Part shown: positions 62,751 through 64,000 of the stretch, in pieces
How the letters are laid out: every line of letters starts with the position of its first letter
Numbering within the stretch: position 1 is the stretch's first letter
Assembly (NCBI RefSeq): GCF_032191835.1
Contig: NC_083238.1
Span: 11,346,001-11,410,000 of the forward strand
DNA from: Heteronotia binoei
Lineage: Eukaryota
DNA length: 64,000 nt
Reading direction: 5' to 3'
Notes under the pieces: generated by a model
What the model saw: only the letters and a program-made list of their open reading frames with translations
Told to the model about the DNA's origin: nothing
The model's database searches: none
Position numbers and translations under genes: made by a program

Positions 62751-62899
62751 CAGGGGGCAAATCTGTGCTTGAAAAGTCAAGCACTTCAATGACCCTGCCC
62801 TGACCCTGGGCGATGCATACCTTCTTCACCAATAACGAAGAAAGTTGACTGTGCTAACCGTGCAGGTGCCAAAGCCACCACAAGTTGTAACACATCAAC

Positions 62900-63605
62900 T
62901 GCAAAGATAGCTTATTCGGCCCCACACCGGCTGTGCCGCAAAGCGGCTGCGCGCCACGGGGCCAGCCTTTGCATCCCCGGAGGATGCAGGAGGACGTTTT
63001 CCCGGGCATCCGGGCAGTTTTCGGGATGGGCAGGGTGAGAAGCTATAAGTAGCCTCAGCCCCGCCTCTCCCTACGCTGTTCAGGGAGCTTTCGGCCCACC
63101 CACCCTGCGGTAGTACAGGTTTTTACCGGTCGCCTTATTAGGGGCCAGGTAGGAATTTTTTCACTCTCACCTGATTGTCCAGTGGTGGGGGTGTTTTTCA
63201 CCTATCTTGTACTGCAAGTAGTGGTGTGGCTGTAGGGATGTAGGTAATTTGGTCACTTGGCGGAATGAGCAAGGGTGAGCTTGCCGGTGAGCACCCAGGC
63301 CTATGCTCCTGTGTTGTGCAGGCGATCCATAGGAAAGGCAGATGGGCTTTACGGCTCAATGTCATGGAATACGGATCGGATTTCATGCCTTCCCCTTGGT
63401 CGCCTCCTTCTGGTGATCGGGGCAGGGTTAAGGGGAGGGCATGTGTGGTCGGCCGGCCCAGTTCTAGCCACAGTAGTCTGGCTAGGGCTGGGGGCAGGGT
63501 GGCTCGCCCGTTGTTGGACTTGGCGGGGTCAGGAGAAGACCCCAGGGCTCGTCCTATTATTGTTACCTTGCCATGTTATTTGTAGTTAATAAAGTGGCCC
63601 GTTTC
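62900..63605 (+). mobile_element. Probable Ngaro/DIRS-related terminal fragment (no ORFs)
   Basis: CpG-rich start. The end ...ccttgccatg...tgtagtt aataaagtggcc resembles the reverse of about 31025-31140. Confidence 0.45.
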
Positions 63606-64000
63606 CCAACATTCTTGTCTGCCTCTTTATTCCAAATGGGGGTGCAAATTATTTGAACACAACATGACTATGGCCTTGTGGTAGAGTTGCCAGCTTCCAG
63701 GTGGTTGCTGGAGATCTTCTGCTGTTAAATTGATCTCCATGCTACCAAGACCAGTTCATCTGGAGATAGTGGCCACTTCGGGAGGTGGACTTTATGACGT
63801 TATAACTAGGAATGCGCATTAAACCACAACAATGTAGTTTGGTTTGTGGTTTGTAGCCAAACCAAAAGCCAAATCAGTTTACTCTCTGACAAACCGGTCC
63901 AGTTTATGGGTTTTCAGAAAGCCGCCAAAACAGCTGAGTTGCAGGAGCACTCCACACCACTCAGCTGTTTCCAGCTTTCTTGTAGAGTCCCTTTAAACCC

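Overview
Repeat-rich, essentially non-coding vertebrate DNA. The repeat complement (Sauria SINEs, tRNA- and 5S-derived SINEs, L2, CR1, Rex1, RTE, a DIRS/Ngaro element, many hAT-type MITEs) points to a squamate, most likely a gecko (inference). I recognise no host protein-coding gene, rRNA/tRNA gene or CRISPR array. Every long ORF I can interpret is a transposon remnant or a translated repeat. The three N-gaps are scaffold gaps. The most notable patterns: (1) exact 3'-terminal segments of two unrelated retroposons are reiterated into head-to-tail arrays (65-67 bp CR1 tail x7 and x11; about 104 bp SINE tail up to x5, with all three gaps opening inside such a tail); (2) a Ngaro-type tyrosine-recombinase retrotransposon carries an SGNH-hydrolase ORF; (3) a tRNA-SINE dimer has the same junction at two loci; (4) a minisatellite of about 100 bp carries a 12-bp hairpin per unit; (5) an orphan CpG-rich segment of about 315 bp lies between two truncated SINEs; (6) a weak, hand-assembled four-exon minus-strand model encodes 65 aa. 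No clearly new biological system is demonstrated. No searches were run, so family names come from motif recognition and element boundaries are approximate unless TIRs/TSDs are quoted.
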